Source: Mizuhopecten yessoensis (taxonomy: Eukaryota). From it: 64,000 bases of DNA. The stretch's first letter is position 1. The number at the start of each line of letters is the position of its first letter. Below are positions 62,650-64,000 of the stretch, piece after piece. A program made the translations under genes and the position numbers. The notes beneath the pieces are model-generated. The model worked only from the letters and a program-made list of their open reading frames with translations, made no database searches and was not told the origin of the DNA. The stretch spans positions 556,895 through 620,894 of the forward strand of contig NW_018408028.1 in assembly GCF_002113885.1 (NCBI RefSeq), read 5' to 3'.

Positions 62650-64000
62650 ATATCCCTAGTCCGTTATCAATGCCATACAAATCTTATATTATATCCTGTT
62701 TCCTGTACAAAACTTCCTTGTGCTTGTACAATACTCAGCTTGTATGTATTATCGGTTTAATACGAGTATACTCTTCATTCGATAACATTTTTATTTACTC
62801 ATATGGTAGGCTGATCTTAGTTTGTATAAGTGTGTACATTTCATTCAAGTGAGCTCTTCAAAGACAGGCATTATCTGTCGCCACGTCCCCACTGTTTTGT
62901 GGCACGGTAAACACATCCTTTATTTATCTTAGAGGCAGTTACATAACTTTCTGATACAAAATTATCATTTTTTTTTAATGCGGCACCTGTTAGCTAAGGT
63001 AAAAGTCAAGCATCAGGTTTTCTTGCTTCCCTGTAATTACTAGATAATGGAGCAGTCAAGGTAAAGATTAGCTGTAAACAAAGTCATCTATGTGATTACA
63101 CCAATTGGATCATCTGTGAAATATTATCAAGCTTTTCTAAGACCTAGACTTCACAGGAACACCTTGTCTCCAGAACGTTTACATGTAGTCAATATTTATA
63201 ACAAAAACATCAAAAGTTCAGTGTTATGTAAACAGAGAATAACAATTCTAACATTTGTCAATGTCAAACACATACCTTGAGCGATTAAATGTTTTTTCGC
63301 AAGTAATATTTTCTGTGAAAAGCGGGTTATTTAGACAGGGGTTCAAGATTATAGTGTCTAATCCTGGACTGTAGTCGGCTATAATTTGTGGGAATGCCTA
63401 TCCCAAAGTAAGTCAATATGATTATGTCGGATAAAGTGTTAGTGTCTGATCAGGTCTGGGCGGACATTGTGATACACATCAGACTTATCAACAAAACCGA
63501 CCAATTTGAGAATATGAAAAAACTTGTGTTTGGAGACTTCAGTCTTTAAATTCCTGTTTCCTGTATACAGCACGAATTGCCCAAACATCACAACTCAAAC
63601 ATCAAAACATTCAATAGAACGAGGTGGCGAAACATCAATAGTGATAGTAATGTCACCTATCAACAAGATTGAGACTTAGTATATTTTAATATGGAATTAG
63701 ATTAAACGTAGTCCGTAGTTTTAACTAGGGCTGTTATTGAAGAAGAAAAAAATATGGATATATTGATGGCAAATAATATTGATATATTGACCATGCATCT
63801 TTGAGTCATGATTAGTGTCTATGGTTTAATGTTAATTCTAATTAATTGTTTATATATCTAAATGAAATGCAATTATTTCCATTTTCATTTTCAAGAAACT
63901 ATATTTAAATACGACTTTTAACTTTGGTGTCTCAATTGAAATATATTTTTATACATATTTTACAAATATGTAATGAATATTTTTTTTACAGACCAGTAAC

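Overview
AT-rich, intron-rich animal DNA; the SINE/MITE/HINE-like repeats suggest a bivalve mollusc (inference). Two convergent genes are present. (1) The 3' part of WASHC2/FAM21 on + (16 exons, 67-17185) carries LFa acidic repeats and the capping-protein-interaction motif. Its last 5' splice site is tandemly amplified about 112 times as a 42-bp minisatellite. (2) A COMPASS/dve-SATB family homeobox locus lies on -. Two ULD/COMPASS exons (41529-41329, 39900-39774) end in phase 2 and can join either of two paralogous 3' arms: a Dve-type arm (divergent CUTL plus two K50 homeodomains, 39113-36901) or, about 14 kb further on, an arm with a strongly vertebrate-SATB-like CUTL domain plus one Dve-type homeodomain (23068-21108). 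I found no ULD exons or start codon belonging to the second arm, so one gene probably encodes both a Dve protein and a CUT-less 'proto-SATB' protein. This is the main finding. The start exon was not identified; 41530-64000 appears to be a long intron. The rest is minisatellites, MITEs and SINE remnants.
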